DNA of 64,000 nucleotides from Candidatus Edwardsbacteria bacterium RifOxyA12_full_54_48 (GTDB lineage Bacteria; Edwardsbacteria; AC1; EtOH8): NCBI GenBank assembly GCA_001777915.1, contig MFFN01000007.1, positions 4,807 to 68,806 of the forward strand, read 5' to 3'. Shown piece by piece: positions 63,376 to 64,000 of this stretch (position 1 is its first letter; each line of letters starts with the position of its first letter). The notes under the pieces were generated by a model. It saw only the letters and a program-made list of their open reading frames with translations, ran no database searches and was not told where the DNA came from. The position numbers and the translations under genes were made by a program.

Positions 63376-63906
63376 ATGGACCAGACCACGATCAATTTAA
63401 TCAATTGCCGGGAGTGCCAAAAGACGGTCAGCCCCAACGCCCGGAGCTGCCCCCACTGCGGGGCGCCCCAGCCGGCCAACCAAACCTGGAACGGGTGGGG
63501 GTTCGACTGGAGGTCCAAAACCTCCTACTACGGCTGGCCTCTGGTCCACATCTCGGTGGGCAAGGACCGCCACGGCAAGCTTCGGGTGGCCAGGGGCTGG
63601 ATCGCCATCGGGCAGTTCGGCATCGGCCTGATCACCATCGCCCAGTTCGGGGTGGGAATCCTTTTCGGTCTGGGACAGTTCATCTTCGGCATAACGGCGG
63701 TGGCCCAGTTCGCCATCGGCCTGCTGTTCGGGCTGGGACAGTTCGCCACCGGTTACGTGGCCATCGGCCAGATGGCCCTGGGATACTATGCCTATGCCCA
63801 GATCGGCCTGGCCAAATATCTCTGGACAAAAAATTGCCAGGACCCCGAAGCGATCAGGTTCTTTCTGGACCTTAAAGGACGGGCCCTGGCGTTAATCGGA
63901 AAATAA
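63376..63906 (+). CDS. zinc-ribbon protein with repeated QF-G membrane segment
   Basis: CRECQKTVSPNARSCPHCG zinc ribbon. It is followed by about 6-7 tandem 11-aa units (IAIGQFGIGLI, TIAQFGVGILF, GLGQFIFGITA, and so on) at 63598-63813. Confidence 0.6.
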   Translation: MDQTTINLINCRECQKTVSPNARSCPHCGAPQPANQTWNGWGFDWRSKTSYYGWPLVHISVGKDRHGKLRVARGWIAIGQFGIGLITIAQFGVGILFGLGQFIFGITAVAQFAIGLLFGLGQFATGYVAIGQMALGYYAYAQIGLAKYLWTKNCQDPEAIRFFLDLKGRALALIGK

Positions 63907-63925
63907 CAAGATCGGAGGATGAGTA

Positions 63926-64000
63926 TGGCTATCACCGGAAAATCGCTGGCGGTTTATATCATAGCCGGAGTATTGATATTCTTCGGAATATTGTTCCTGA
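63926..64000 (+). CDS. hypothetical membrane protein, N-terminal fragment (continues past window)
   Basis: GGAGGA RBS at 63915-20 and ATG at 63926. The hydrophobic start is MAITGKSLAVYIIAGVLIFFGILFL. Confidence 0.4.

Overview
The window looks like a GC-rich chromosome segment from an uncultivated Gram-negative bacterium. The repeated Por/T9SS-type C-terminal sorting domains, sigma-54 machinery and a class III RNR suggest an FCB-group-like anaerobe; that taxonomic guess is inference only. All coordinates and motifs were read by hand, with no searches run.

The backbone genes are ordinary:
- Start of window: the glmS 3' end, a cyclase-STAND-TPR sensor, hflX, an MFS transporter and a PstS-like lipoprotein.
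- Energy transduction: a TPR lipoprotein followed by exbB-exbD-exbD-tonB, then a cyclophilin.
- Signalling: a Ser/Thr-kinase-STAND-TPR gene translationally coupled to a GAF/sigma-54 activator, divergent from a secreted clostripain (C11)-like protease.
- A GT4 glycosyltransferase and an nrdR-nrdD...nrdG operon.
- pilMNOPQ, rpsT, scpB, a corC-like gene, a DUF502 gene, an msbA-like ABC exporter, a GT9 heptosyltransferase and a secreted endonuclease I.
- An ABC-F ATPase, an amidohydrolase, tRNA-Met(CAT) and a metallophosphoesterase.
- A tlpA / thioredoxin-fold-Fn3 lipoprotein / beta-barrel operon, a UbiA prenyltransferase and a Memo-AMMECR1 fusion.

Five clearly AT-rich segments interrupt this backbone, at about 7.44-12.3 kb, 23.19-23.6 kb, 32.75-34.3 kb, 52.06-52.69 kb and 62.09-63.05 kb.

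Most noteworthy observations:
1. nrdD stops one or two residues before the glycyl-radical motif. The missing RVTGY...NKGK tail sits on a separate 95-aa ORF 3.2 kb downstream.
2. The intervening DNA carries a creD cassette bracketed by ~90-bp direct repeats. It also carries a very AT-rich, overlapping three-gene operon (wHTH / wHTH / wHTH + MIT_C-type PLD-like domain) that matches no named system I recognise.
3. A sigma-54-type promoter lies in front of the C11 protease, opposite the kinase/activator operon.
4. A ~1.1-kb non-coding mosaic repeat field lies beside the tRNA.
5. An AT-rich secreted-protein island contains a 1234-aa Vps62-like protein.
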